Below the pieces are notes generated by a model. The model saw nothing but the letters and a program-made list of their open reading frames with translations, was not told where the DNA came from and did not search any database. From assembly GCA_963555825.3 (NCBI GenBank), contig CAUVXB020000002.1:1728001-1792000 (forward strand): a stretch of 64,000 bases of DNA, written 5' to 3'. The stretch's first letter is position 1. Every line of letters begins with the position of its first letter. The position numbers and the translations under genes were made by a program. Of the stretch, positions 53,538 to 62,883 are shown piece by piece. The DNA is from Alphaproteobacteria bacterium. GTDB lineage: Bacteria; Pseudomonadota; Alphaproteobacteria; JAAXGF01.

Positions 53538-54104
53538 TCATCTGTCGCCCCTTCTCGGGCCGAGACTTCGAGGGCCCGCCTTCTTCCCCCGCTTGCGCGC
53601 CTCCCCGAACACATGCTCCGGCAGCGGCGCGGGCGTGCCGCCGGGCGCCAGCGGGCGTTCGGCGAAGCGGCCGAGGTTGAGCGCGCGGTCGTACATGACG
53701 ACCGCGCCGGCCGACGCCAGGTTGATGCAGAAGCCGGTCGGGATGCGCGCCAGGTGGTCGCAGCGCGCGACCATTGCCGCGCTCAGGCTGCCGCGTTCGG
53801 GGCCGAAGACGTAGGCCGCGCAGCGCGGGTGGCGAAAGCTCGGCAGTTCGGCCGCCTCGTCGAGGAGTTCGATGCCGACCAGCTTGCAGCGCTCGGGCAG
53901 CGTCAGCGCGGCGGCGTCGGCGAACTGGTAGAGCGGCAGGTTCTCGGGCGTCGCCGCGGTGTCGGCGAGCCCCGCCAGCCGGCCGTACTCGGCGTCGACG
54001 GTGAAGACGAAACTGGCGCCGAAGGCGTGCGCGGAGCGAAACAGGTTGCCCAGGTTCATCTCCTTGCTTATACCCTCGACGCCGATGCTGAAGTAGCCAC
54101 GCAT
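53538..54104 (-). CDS. SpoU/TrmH-family RNA methyltransferase
   Basis: NLGNLFRSA, FGPERGSL and IP..FCINL..AG. Confidence 0.88.
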   Translation of the reverse strand: MRGYFSIGVEGISKEMNLGNLFRSAHAFGASFVFTVDAEYGRLAGLADTAATPENLPLYQFADAAALTLPERCKLVGIELLDEAAELPSFRHPRCAAYVFGPERGSLSAAMVARCDHLARIPTGFCINLASAGAVVMYDRALNLGRFAERPLAPGGTPAPLPEHVFGEARKRGKKAGPRSLGPRRGDR

Positions 54105-54176
54105 GGCCCAAGCCTGCACCCGGCGGGCCGCCGAGGCAAGCGCCGCGCCGTTCCCCGAACCGGATGCACCGAGACC

Positions 54177-55214
54177 ATGAACACACAACCCGTCAATCCG
54201 ATCGCGGCCGCCAATCCGATCGCGGTCGAGGTGACCCGCGGCGACACGGTCGAAAGCCGCCACCGCGCCTGCGCCGTCGTTGCCGACGCGACAGGCGCCA
54301 TCGTCGCGCGTTGGGGCGACGTCGAGGCGCCGGTCTTCCCGCGCTCGGCGATCAAGCCGATCCAGGCGCTGCCGCTGGTCGAGACCGGCGCCGCCGAGCG
54401 CTTCGGCTTGTCCGACGCCGAGCTGGCGCTCGCCTGCGCCTCGCACGCCGCCGAGCCGATGCATATCGCGGTCGTCGAGCCGTGGTTGGCGCGCATCGGC
54501 CTCGGCGAGGCCGACCTCGAATGCGGCGCCCACCTGCCGAGCAGCGAGGCCGCGGCGATCGCGCTGCTGCAGGGCGGCGGGACGCCGAGCCAACTGCACA
54601 ACAACTGTTCGGGCAAGCACACCGGTTTCCTGACCACCGCGGTGCATCGGGGCGAGCGGCCGGTCGGCTACATCCACCTCGACCACCCGGTGCAGCAGCG
54701 CGTCCTCAGCGCGATCGGCGAGATGGCCGGCGTCGACATGGCGCGCGCGCCGGTCGGCATCGACGGCTGCTCGATCCCGACGCTGGCCATCCCGCTCGCC
54801 GCGCTGGCCACCGCCTTCGCCCGTTTCGCCGAGCCGTCGGGTCTGGCGCCAGAGCGTATCGCCGCGACCGAGCGCATCCGCGCGGCGATGACCGCGAATC
54901 CTGAGATGATCTCGGGCACCGGCCGCCTGTGCACGCGGCTGGTCGCCGCGTCAGGCGGCCGCATTATCGCCAAGACCGGCGCCGAGGGCGTCTATGCCGC
55001 GGCTCTGCCCGAAGCCGGCCTCGGCGTCGCGGTCAAGGCCGACGACGGCGCCCACCGCGCCGCCGAGGTCACGTTGATCGCCGTGCTGCGCCATCTCGGC
55101 GCGCTCGACGACGGCCTCGCGGCCGAGCTCGCCGGTTTCGCCGAGGCGCCGCTGATCAATCGCGCCGGCCGCCACATTGGCGTCGTGCGTACCGCCGCCG
55201 GCTGGCCGGCATGA
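54177..55214 (+). CDS. Rhizobium-type L-asparaginase (asparaginase II family)
   Basis: RSAIKP, ASH, NNCSGKH, DGC and AKTGAEG. Confidence 0.9.
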   Translation: MNTQPVNPIAAANPIAVEVTRGDTVESRHRACAVVADATGAIVARWGDVEAPVFPRSAIKPIQALPLVETGAAERFGLSDAELALACASHAAEPMHIAVVEPWLARIGLGEADLECGAHLPSSEAAAIALLQGGGTPSQLHNNCSGKHTGFLTTAVHRGERPVGYIHLDHPVQQRVLSAIGEMAGVDMARAPVGIDGCSIPTLAIPLAALATAFARFAEPSGLAPERIAATERIRAAMTANPEMISGTGRLCTRLVAASGGRIIAKTGAEGVYAAALPEAGLGVAVKADDGAHRAAEVTLIAVLRHLGALDDGLAAELAGFAEAPLINRAGRHIGVVRTAAGWPA

Positions 55215-56206
55215 CCGGGACGATGCGCGCGGTGGTCTGCCGGGCCTGGGGGACGCCCGAGGACCTGACCGTCGAGGACGTGGCGGCGCCGACGGCCGGC
55301 CCGGGCGAGGTTCGCATCGCGGTCGCCGCCGCCGGCGTCAACTTCGCCGACACGCTGTTGATCGCCGGCAAGTACCAGGAGAAGCCCGACTTCCCCTTCA
55401 CGCCGGGCATGGAGATCGCCGGCGAAGTCGTCGCATGCGGCGCCGGCGTCGAGGGCTTCGCAGCCGGCGACCGGGTGATGGCCGGCGTCGGCGTCGGCGG
55501 CTTCGCCGAGCAGGCGGTCGCCAAGGCCGACGATGTCATCCTCATGCCCGACGCCATGAGCTACGCGCAAGCCACCGGCTTCTCGGTGACCTACGGCACG
55601 GCGCATATCGCGCTCGGCCACCGCGCCAATCTCGCGGCCGGCGAGACGCTGCTGGTGCTCGGCGCGGCCGGCGGCGTCGGCCTGACCACGGTCGAGGTCG
55701 GCAAGGCGATGGGCGCCACGGTGATCGCCGCCGCGAGCGACGCCGGCAAGCTCGTGCTCGCCGCCGAGCACGGCGCCGACCACCTGATCGATTACCGCGC
55801 CGAGGATATGCGCGCGCGCGTCAAGGAGATCACGCAAGGCGCCGGCTGCGACGTCATCTTCGATCCGGTCGGCGGCGACGCCTTCGACACGGCGCTGCGC
55901 TGCATCGCCTGGGAGGGCCGCATCCTCGCCGTCGGCTTCGCCTCGGGGCGCATTCCGCAGGTCCCGGCGAACATCCTGTTGGTCAAGAACTGCGCCGTCG
56001 TCGGCGTCTACTGGGGCGCCTACCGGCGGCGCGACCCGGCGCTGTTCCGCGCCTCGTTCGACGAACTGTTCGCTTGGTTCGGGCAAGGCAAGCTGAAGCC
56101 CCACGTCTCGAACGACTATGCGTTGGAAGAGGTCGGCGAAGCGCTCAACGCGCTGATCGCGCGCAAGGCGACCGGCAAGGTCGTGCTGACGACTGGGCGG
56201 GACTAA
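55211..56206 (+). CDS. NADPH:quinone oxidoreductase (MDR family)
   Basis: GVNFAD, PG.E.AG, GAAGGVG and GFASG. Confidence 0.92.
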   Translation: MTGTMRAVVCRAWGTPEDLTVEDVAAPTAGPGEVRIAVAAAGVNFADTLLIAGKYQEKPDFPFTPGMEIAGEVVACGAGVEGFAAGDRVMAGVGVGGFAEQAVAKADDVILMPDAMSYAQATGFSVTYGTAHIALGHRANLAAGETLLVLGAAGGVGLTTVEVGKAMGATVIAAASDAGKLVLAAEHGADHLIDYRAEDMRARVKEITQGAGCDVIFDPVGGDAFDTALRCIAWEGRILAVGFASGRIPQVPANILLVKNCAVVGVYWGAYRRRDPALFRASFDELFAWFGQGKLKPHVSNDYALEEVGEALNALIARKATGKVVLTTGRD

Positions 56207-56213
56207 ACGGACG

Positions 56214-57475
56214 ATGGCCGACGCACCGGGCGATGCCGAGGTCCGCGCCCAGTACGAGGCGTATCCCTACCCGGCGCGCGACCCGGCCGACGAGGCCAAG
56301 CGCCTGATCACCGGCTCGCCGAGCCACCTCGACGAGATCAACCACTACGTCTTCGCCGGCCGGCTCGACACACGCCGGCCGTTTCGCGCGCTGATCGCCG
56401 GCGGCGGCACCGGCGACGCGACGATCATGCTGGCGCAGCAGTTGGCCGACCGCGGGTGTCCCGCCGAGGTCGTCTATCTCGATATCTCGGCCGCCTCGCT
56501 GGCCATCGCCCGAGCGCGCGCCGAGGTCCGCGGCCTGACCAATCTGCGTTTCGTGCAAGGCTCGCTCGACGACATCGGCGCGCTCGCCGCCGGTCCCTAC
56601 GATTACACGACTGCTGCGGCGTGCTGCACCACCTGGCCGAGCCGGCCGCCGGGCTCGCGGCGCTCGCCGGCCAGCTCGCCGAGGGCGGCGGCATGGGCTT
56701 GATGCTCTATGGCGCGCTGGGGCGCACCGGCGTCTACCACGCCCAGGACATTCTCAAGCTGATCGCGGCCGGCGCGGACGACGCAACGCGTCTCGACGTC
56801 GCGCGGCGCCTGATCAAAGGCCTGCCCGAGACCAACTGGCTGGCCCGCAACCGCTATGTCCGCGATCACCTGGACGGCGGCGACGCCGGGCTCTACGACC
56901 TGCTGCTGCACAGCCGCGACCGCGCCTACACGGTGCCCGAGATCGGCGCCATGGTCGAGGCCGCCGGTCTCGCGATCACCGGCTTCATCGAACCGGCGCT
57001 CTACGATCCGGCCAATTATCTCGCCGATAGCGAGCTGACGCCGCGTGTCGCCGCGCTGCCCTGGCTCGAGCGCTGTGCCGTCGCCGAGCTGCTCGGCGGC
57101 ACGCTCAAGCGGCATACCTTCTACGTCGTCGCGAAGCGCCACGCGGCCGAGGCGGTCGCGGCGCCCGATGACCGCCGCGCCGTGCCGCTGCTGCGCGACG
57201 CCGACGGCGCCGCGATGGCCGGGCCGCTGCGGGCCGGCGGCCGGATCAAGGCCGAATTGGACGGCGTCGCGCTGAGCTATCCGGTGCTACCGCTCGCCGC
57301 CGCCATCCTGGCCGCCATCGACGGCAAGCGCGATCTGGGCGAGATCCAACGCCGCGTCGGCCGGGCCGCGGGCCGCAGTCTCAACCGCGACGAATTCCGC
57401 ACCGCCTTCGACACGCTCTACGCGGCGCTCAATGCGCTCAACGTCATGCTCATCGCGCGCCCGCCCAAGCGCTAG
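56214..57475 (+). pseudogene. Class I SAM methyltransferase, frameshifted near 56608
   Basis: QYEAYPYP and AGGGTG, then GPYDY|DCCGVLHHL continues in the next frame (one base missing). Confidence 0.85.
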
Positions 57476-57746
57476 CCCGGCTTTCTCACCAAGGACAGGT
57501 GCGGCACGGCGGATTTCGGCCGACAGGCTAGGAAAGGTGTGCAGCGCGATGCTTGCGCATCGGGCAAGCGCTTTGACGCGGCCTGTCGTCCGAGATCCGC
57601 CGCCCTTAAGGGTCGCGCCGGGCGGGGCGGGCGCGGCGTCGAAGGCCTTGACCGTGGCCCAGGCCACGCTCGGCAGCCTTCTCCTGGCGGATCGGCGACC
57701 GCCCGACGCGATGACGCGCCTGTCCTTGGTGAGAAATCCGGGCTAG
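57472..57746. mobile_element. 275-bp MITE-like element with CTAG ends
   Basis: CTAGCCCGGCTTTCTCACCAAGGACAGG...CCTGTCCTTGGTGAGAAATCCGGGCTAG, with internal palindromes. Confidence 0.8.
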
Positions 57747-57755
57747 TTCTTTGTG

Positions 57756-57984
57756 CGGTCACCTAAAGGTGACCTGCGCTCAATCGCCGCGCATGCCATT
57801 CTTGATCCCACAAGGCCATTCTTGATCCCACAAGGCCATTCTTGATCCCACAAGGCCATTCTTGATCCCACAAGGCCATTCTTGGCCATTCTTGATCCCA
57901 CAAGGCCATTCGATCGATGATCCCACAAGGATTCTTGATCCCACAGTGCCATCGGCCTTGATCCCACAAAGCCATTCTTGATCC
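57756..57984 (+). repeat. Modular repeat with a 20-bp tandem array (five perfect units, one half unit, degenerate units)
   Basis: GCCATTCTTGATCCCACAAG units from 57795, after GGTGACCTGCGCTCAATCGCCGCGCATG. Confidence 0.9.
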
Positions 57985-59012
57985 GGCACGAAGGTCGAAC
58001 CGGGCCGAGCAGCAGGCCATTCTAATCGATCGCGGCCTGGCACAGCGCGGCGCCGTCCAGCCAGCCGCTCGGCGAAGCGCGGCAAGGCGATCGAGCCGGC
58101 GCGCGGCCGCTGCCATGTCAGCTTGTCCCGCTGGCGCGCGAAGAAGGCGTCGAGCAGCGCGAGGTTGCCCTCGATGATCTCGAGATTCCTGCCGATGACC
58201 GCGTCACGCTGGCGCAGCGCCACCGTGGCGAGGAACTCGCTGGGCGCCGAATTGCAGATCGTCGTGTAGTCCTTGAAGCCGGCCATGGCGTCATAGACGG
58301 CGCGGTTGCGCGTGGCGATCCAGCCGATGCGCAGGCCGGCGAGCCCGAAGCTCTTCGACATGACGCCCAGCGAGACGCCGTTCTCATAGGCGTCGCAGGC
58401 GGCCGGCAAGCGGTCGGCCGGGTCGAATTCCAAGAGCCGGTAAACCTCGTCGCAGAACAGCACCAGGCCGTGGCCGCGGCAGATCTCGACGATGCGCTCG
58501 AAGACGGCATGCGGCGCCAGGAAGCCGGTCGGGTTGTGCGGCAGGTTGACGACCAGCGCCCGGGTGTCGGGCCGGATCAGGCGTTCCAGCTCGTCGAGCG
58601 AGAGCGCCCAGCCGAACTCCTCGCGCGCCGGCCATTCGCCAATCTCGAAGCCGAGCGCGCGCGGCAGTTCGGTCAGCGACTGATAGCACGGCGTCTGCAC
58701 GATGACGTGGCCTCCCGGCTCGAGGGCGGCATTCATGAAGCCGAAGATGGCCTCCTCGGCGCCCGAGTGCACCAGCACACGGTCCGCCTCGACGCTGTCG
58801 TACAGCCCGGCGATCTCGGCGCGCAGGACGGGGTTGCCGGACGATTCGGTATAGCCGAGCCAGAGCTCGCGGAACGCCGCCTCGGCGCCCGGTTCGAGCG
58901 CCAGCAGCGCCTCGACCGACAGCGCCTCGCAGTCCGAGGCGCACAACAGGTAGGGTGCGCTGAACTCGTGCGCGGCGAAGAAGCGTTCGAGCGCGAAGGG
59001 CGGGATTTTCAT
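57780..59012 (-). CDS. PLP-dependent class I/II aminotransferase with an aberrant C-terminus reading into the repeat
   Basis: NLPHNPTG, DEVYR and MSKSFGLAGLRIGW. The sequence after ~58080 is degenerate. Confidence 0.8.
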   Translation of the reverse strand: MKIPPFALERFFAAHEFSAPYLLCASDCEALSVEALLALEPGAEAAFRELWLGYTESSGNPVLRAEIAGLYDSVEADRVLVHSGAEEAIFGFMNAALEPGGHVIVQTPCYQSLTELPRALGFEIGEWPAREEFGWALSLDELERLIRPDTRALVVNLPHNPTGFLAPHAVFERIVEICRGHGLVLFCDEVYRLLEFDPADRLPAACDAYENGVSLGVMSKSFGLAGLRIGWIATRNRAVYDAMAGFKDYTTICNSAPSEFLATVALRQRDAVIGRNLEIIEGNLALLDAFFARQRDKLTWQRPRAGSIALPRFAERLAGRRRAVPGRDRLEWPAARPGSTFVPDQEWLCGIKADGTVGSRILVGSSIEWPCGIKNGQEWPCGIKNGLVGSRMALWDQEWPCGIKNGMRGD

Positions 59013-59167
59013 GAGCACCTCGTGGCGCGGGCGGAGACCGAACTAGCCAGTCAGATAGAGCACCCGAGAGGCGACGTCGAGTGGGGCGCGCGCGCCAGAA
59101 TCGAAACGCGCGCCCCGCATTTCGGCGCGGGACGCGCGTTCGATGGCCCCTGTCATGAGGCGGTCTC

Positions 59168-59443
59168 CTAGGAACGCCACACCGGCTTGTCGAATTCCGT
59201 GAGCGCCGCGGCGCGGCTGACGCCGATGTCGTCGAGCATGCGGCTCTCGAGCCCGACCATTTGGCGGCGCTGGTGCGCCCGGGCGTACCAGGTGACGACG
59301 AGGCCCAGCGTGTCGACGGCCGCGTTGCGCAGCGCGTCAATGAAATCGGTGGGTGTGTAGCCGACCGGCGCGGGCTGGACGCCTGCCTCGGAAATCCGCG
59401 ACTGGGCGGCGCTGAAAGTGATCGTCTGAGCCTGGTTCGTCAT
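59168..59443 (-). CDS. DUF1127 small protein
   Basis: W..R..QRRQM..L..RMLDDIGVSR....E..KP.WR. Confidence 0.88.
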   Translation of the reverse strand: MTNQAQTITFSAAQSRISEAGVQPAPVGYTPTDFIDALRNAAVDTLGLVVTWYARAHQRRQMVGLESRMLDDIGVSRAAALTEFDKPVWRS

Positions 59444-59789
59444 CGTCTTGTCTCCTCTTTCCTGCATCGCGCGGGCCGTCTGCCCTGGCGACGTCGTGTC
59501 TGTTGTGGATGATAAATAGGTATTCGGAAGACCGGCGACAAACGATGATTTTTCATCATATTAATAAGAAAAACTAATGCGAAAGAATTTCGAGACGATC
59601 GACTCTCAGCCACCATGGATAGCTGTGTTCCACCCGCAGTCGCTATGGATAGAGGCTTGAAAACAGGCAATATACGAAGGTTCGTGCAATACTGCCATGC
59701 GCGTAACGCGGGGCTCGATGCCAAACATCGGGGCTTGCCGCCGTACGATGTGTCGCTTAAAATGGATCAGGTCACTTTATTCGAGAAAT

Positions 59790-60698
59790 ATGGCCCGTCG
59801 ACTGCCACCACTGAACGCGCTGCGTGCCTTCGAGGCCGCCGCCAGGCACCTTAGCTTCACCCGCGCGGCCGAGGAGCTGAACGTCACCCAGGCGGCGATC
59901 AGCCATCAGGTGAAGACGCTCGAGGAACGCCTCGGGGTGATGCTGTTCCGCCGCCTCAACCGTCGGCTGCTCTTGACCGACGCGGGCCAGGCCTATCTGC
60001 CGCCGGTGCGCGAGGCGTTCGACGGCATCGCCGCGGCGACCGGCCGGCTGACTGCCCGCGACAGCGCCGGCGCCCTGACGGTCAGCGTGATTCCGTCATT
60101 CGCCGGCACTTGGCTGGTGCCCAAGCTGAGTTCGTTCCGCGCCCGGCAACCCGATGTCGACGTGCGCATCTCGCCGTCGTTCGAGCTGATCGATTTCACG
60201 CGCGAGGACATCGACGTCGCGATCCGCTACGGCCGCGGCAACTGGCCGGGCCTGCGCTGCGACTGGCTGATGGCCGAGGAGCTGATCCCGGTGTGCAGCC
60301 CCGCGCTGCTCGACGGCGCGGCGCCGTTGCGCACGCCGTCCGATTTGCGCCACCACACGCTGCTGCACGACGATCACCGGGTCGACTGGCGTGTCTGGCT
60401 GATGGCCGTCGGCATCGACGATATCGACGCGACGCACGGCCCGTCGTTCACCGATTCGAGTCTGGTGCTGCTCGCCGCCGCCGAAGGCCAGGGCGTCGCG
60501 CTCGGGCGCAGCGCGCTGGCCGAGCGCGACATCGCCGCCGGCCGCCTGGTCAGGCCGTTCGACATCAGCGTGCCGGCCGAGCTGGCCTACTATCTGGTGT
60601 GCCCCGAGGCGACCGCCGAGCGGCCCAAGATCGTCGCCTTCCGCGACTGGCTGATCGAGATGACCGGCGGCCGCGCGGCGGGTGCGGAGTCGCCTTGA
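59790..60698 (+). CDS. gcvA: GcvA-like LysR regulator
   Basis: RLPPLNALRAFEAAARHLSFTRAAEEL.VTQAAISHQ and DVAIRYG.G.W. Confidence 0.88.
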   Translation: MARRLPPLNALRAFEAAARHLSFTRAAEELNVTQAAISHQVKTLEERLGVMLFRRLNRRLLLTDAGQAYLPPVREAFDGIAAATGRLTARDSAGALTVSVIPSFAGTWLVPKLSSFRARQPDVDVRISPSFELIDFTREDIDVAIRYGRGNWPGLRCDWLMAEELIPVCSPALLDGAAPLRTPSDLRHHTLLHDDHRVDWRVWLMAVGIDDIDATHGPSFTDSSLVLLAAAEGQGVALGRSALAERDIAAGRLVRPFDISVPAELAYYLVCPEATAERPKIVAFRDWLIEMTGGRAAGAESP

Positions 60699-60997
60699 AC
60701 GGCGCGCATGTCGGGTTACGGCCCTGAAGTTCCACGCAATTGACTCCCGTAGCCGCTTTATCACAGACAGCGCCATCCATGATGCCGCGGCGACAGGCAT
60801 TTACGTCGACACGGCACCCGCCAAACTGGCGGTTGCGTTGGGGCATCCGATAAGGCCTTGCTGCGTTGGTCGGCGATGGCCACACGAATACGGGGCCGAC
60901 GCGTTGCAGTTGATCCCTGGCATTCGACATTTCCGGGCCTTTTGGATAGGTTGGCGTATGGTGTTGGCCCAGAACTATTGTCAGCTAACAGGGGACG

Positions 60998-62353
60998 ATG
61001 GTGAGCGGCGCACGGGGCAAAAATGGTGAATCTGAGCGCCGAAAATCGGTGATCGCAGCTGGTCGCGACGACACTGAGCGATGGCATGATCTTACAAATT
61101 TCGAGGATTCGTGGAACGCGCGCGCAATGCGGGCGGCCGATTACATTCCCGCCGGGGCCCGGGTGCTCGATCTTGGCTGCGGCACGATGTCACTTGAGCA
61201 GTTTCTTCCAGATGGTTGCGTTTACTTGCCGTGCGACCTAACGCAGCGCGATTCACGCACACAAGTTTGCAATTTTAACGCCGGCGAGATGCCCGATCTG
61301 TCCGATGCGGACATCGTAACGGTGCTTGGCGTGCTCGAGTATCTCTACGACGCACCCGGCTTCATCCGCCGACTTGCGGAAGCTGGGAAGCCCATCATTT
61401 TGAGTTATTGCCCGACCGACACGACAGCGAATCTCGACCGTCGAGGGCTCGGATGGATCAACGATTACAGCCTGAGCGACATTCGCAGCATGGTCGAAAC
61501 TGATCGGTTCAGCATTCGCCGCCACGATCAAATTGATCAGATTCAATCGATTTTTCTCTTGTGTTCGCCGTCGCCTGCGCTGTCGCCACCGAAATCAGTT
61601 CTGGTTCTATCGTACAACAACGTCGGAAATTTTGGCGATCGGCTGGGCTATCACCTTGTAAATGCGGCGTTGCCGTCGAACACCGAAGTCACGTTTGCGA
61701 ACTTTAAACCTTGGAACGTTCCGTCAGACGATTTTGATCTACTGGTGCTGGGTATCGGCAACAGCTTGTTCACACCGCTCCTTACTGACGATCTGGTTCA
61801 TTTACTCAATAGGATTCCTGCCAGCGTTGGAATCTTCGGCACGCAGTATCGACAACAAATTCCCCGCCACCGGCTCGAGGCTGTGTTGGATCGATTGACC
61901 GTCTGGTACGCGCGGTATCAAGAAGACATCCAATATTTCGGGCGCGGGCGATCAAATGTCCAGCATCTTGGAGATTGGCTTATCTCGGCGTTCCCGATGA
62001 CGACGGGTCGGAATACGCAACCGCTGACGATCGGCGACGAAATTTGGGACGATCTGCCGCTGGATCGGACAATTCAGCACATACAGTCTTACGCCAAGGT
62101 CTTGTCCACCCGTGTCCACCCTTTGCTCTGCGCGGTTACAAGTGCCGAAGAGGTTGCCTATCGCGAACAGTGGGAGTCCGGGGACGAAAACCCATCGGGC
62201 AAGTTTCGCTCTATGCTGATCGACGTGTTTGGTCGAACATTTCCCGAAGAACGTTACTGCCCGGTGGACCGACACGCTGTGCGTTCGTACAAGCGACTTG
62301 TCGATACCTCGGTTGCCACGCTTCGGGCCGACTTGGCGAGATTGCTGACGTAA
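60998..62353 (+). CDS. SAM methyltransferase fused to a polysaccharide pyruvyl-transferase-like domain
   Basis: VLDLGCG and GVLEY, then NVGNFGDRL and STRVHP. Lower GC. Confidence 0.65.
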   Translation: MVSGARGKNGESERRKSVIAAGRDDTERWHDLTNFEDSWNARAMRAADYIPAGARVLDLGCGTMSLEQFLPDGCVYLPCDLTQRDSRTQVCNFNAGEMPDLSDADIVTVLGVLEYLYDAPGFIRRLAEAGKPIILSYCPTDTTANLDRRGLGWINDYSLSDIRSMVETDRFSIRRHDQIDQIQSIFLLCSPSPALSPPKSVLVLSYNNVGNFGDRLGYHLVNAALPSNTEVTFANFKPWNVPSDDFDLLVLGIGNSLFTPLLTDDLVHLLNRIPASVGIFGTQYRQQIPRHRLEAVLDRLTVWYARYQEDIQYFGRGRSNVQHLGDWLISAFPMTTGRNTQPLTIGDEIWDDLPLDRTIQHIQSYAKVLSTRVHPLLCAVTSAEEVAYREQWESGDENPSGKFRSMLIDVFGRTFPEERYCPVDRHAVRSYKRLVDTSVATLRADLARLLT

Positions 62354-62411
62354 TTATTGCTTGGGTGGACCCACGGCGGGGAGATGACCGCCATGGCGCT
62401 CGCGGACGACC

Positions 62412-62744
62412 TCATTCCGACTTGACGACCTGGTCGTCGGGCGCTGCGAGGCCCTCGGGCACGCCGTCGGCGAGCAGGAAACGCGACTCGGACGAGGCGT
62501 GGCGGAACTTCATGACGGCTTGGTATTCGGGCGAGGCGTGGAACGTCTTGGCGGCCTGAAGGGAAGGGAACTCGAGCACCACCAGACGGTCGTCGAACGG
62601 CGGCCCCTCGAGCGCCTCGACGGCGCCGCCGCGCACCAGGAAGCGGCCACCGTGCTTGGCGATCAACGCCGGCGTCTCGGCGGTGTATTTCCTGTAGGTC
62701 TCCGGATCGTCGACCCGCACCAGACAGACCAGATAGGCGCTCAT
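62412..62744 (-). CDS. DUF1330 protein
   Basis: HGGRFLVRGG..E.LEG, VVLEFPS and SPEYQ. Confidence 0.92.
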   Translation of the reverse strand: MSAYLVCLVRVDDPETYRKYTAETPALIAKHGGRFLVRGGAVEALEGPPFDDRLVVLEFPSLQAAKTFHASPEYQAVMKFRHASSESRFLLADGVPEGLAAPDDQVVKSE

Positions 62745-62762
62745 ATCGATTTCCTCCGGAAC

Positions 62763-62833
62763 TTTGGTTTTCGGTCACCTTCGGTGACCTGCGCTCAATC
62801 GCCGCGCATGCTTCCGCCGAACGGTCGGCGGCC
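62763..62833 (+). repeat. Modular repeat copy with no 20-bp units
   Basis: CGGTCACCTTCGGTGACCTGCGCTCAATCGCCGCGCATG...CCGAACGGTCGGCGGCC. Confidence 0.8.
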
Positions 62834-62883
62834 TGCGGTCGCAGGCTGGCATCGGTCAAACGAGTGGCCTCGTTCGGCCGATG

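Noticed and set aside
59168-60698. DUF1127/GcvA-like divergent pair as novel
   Set aside because: This is a common alphaproteobacterial arrangement.
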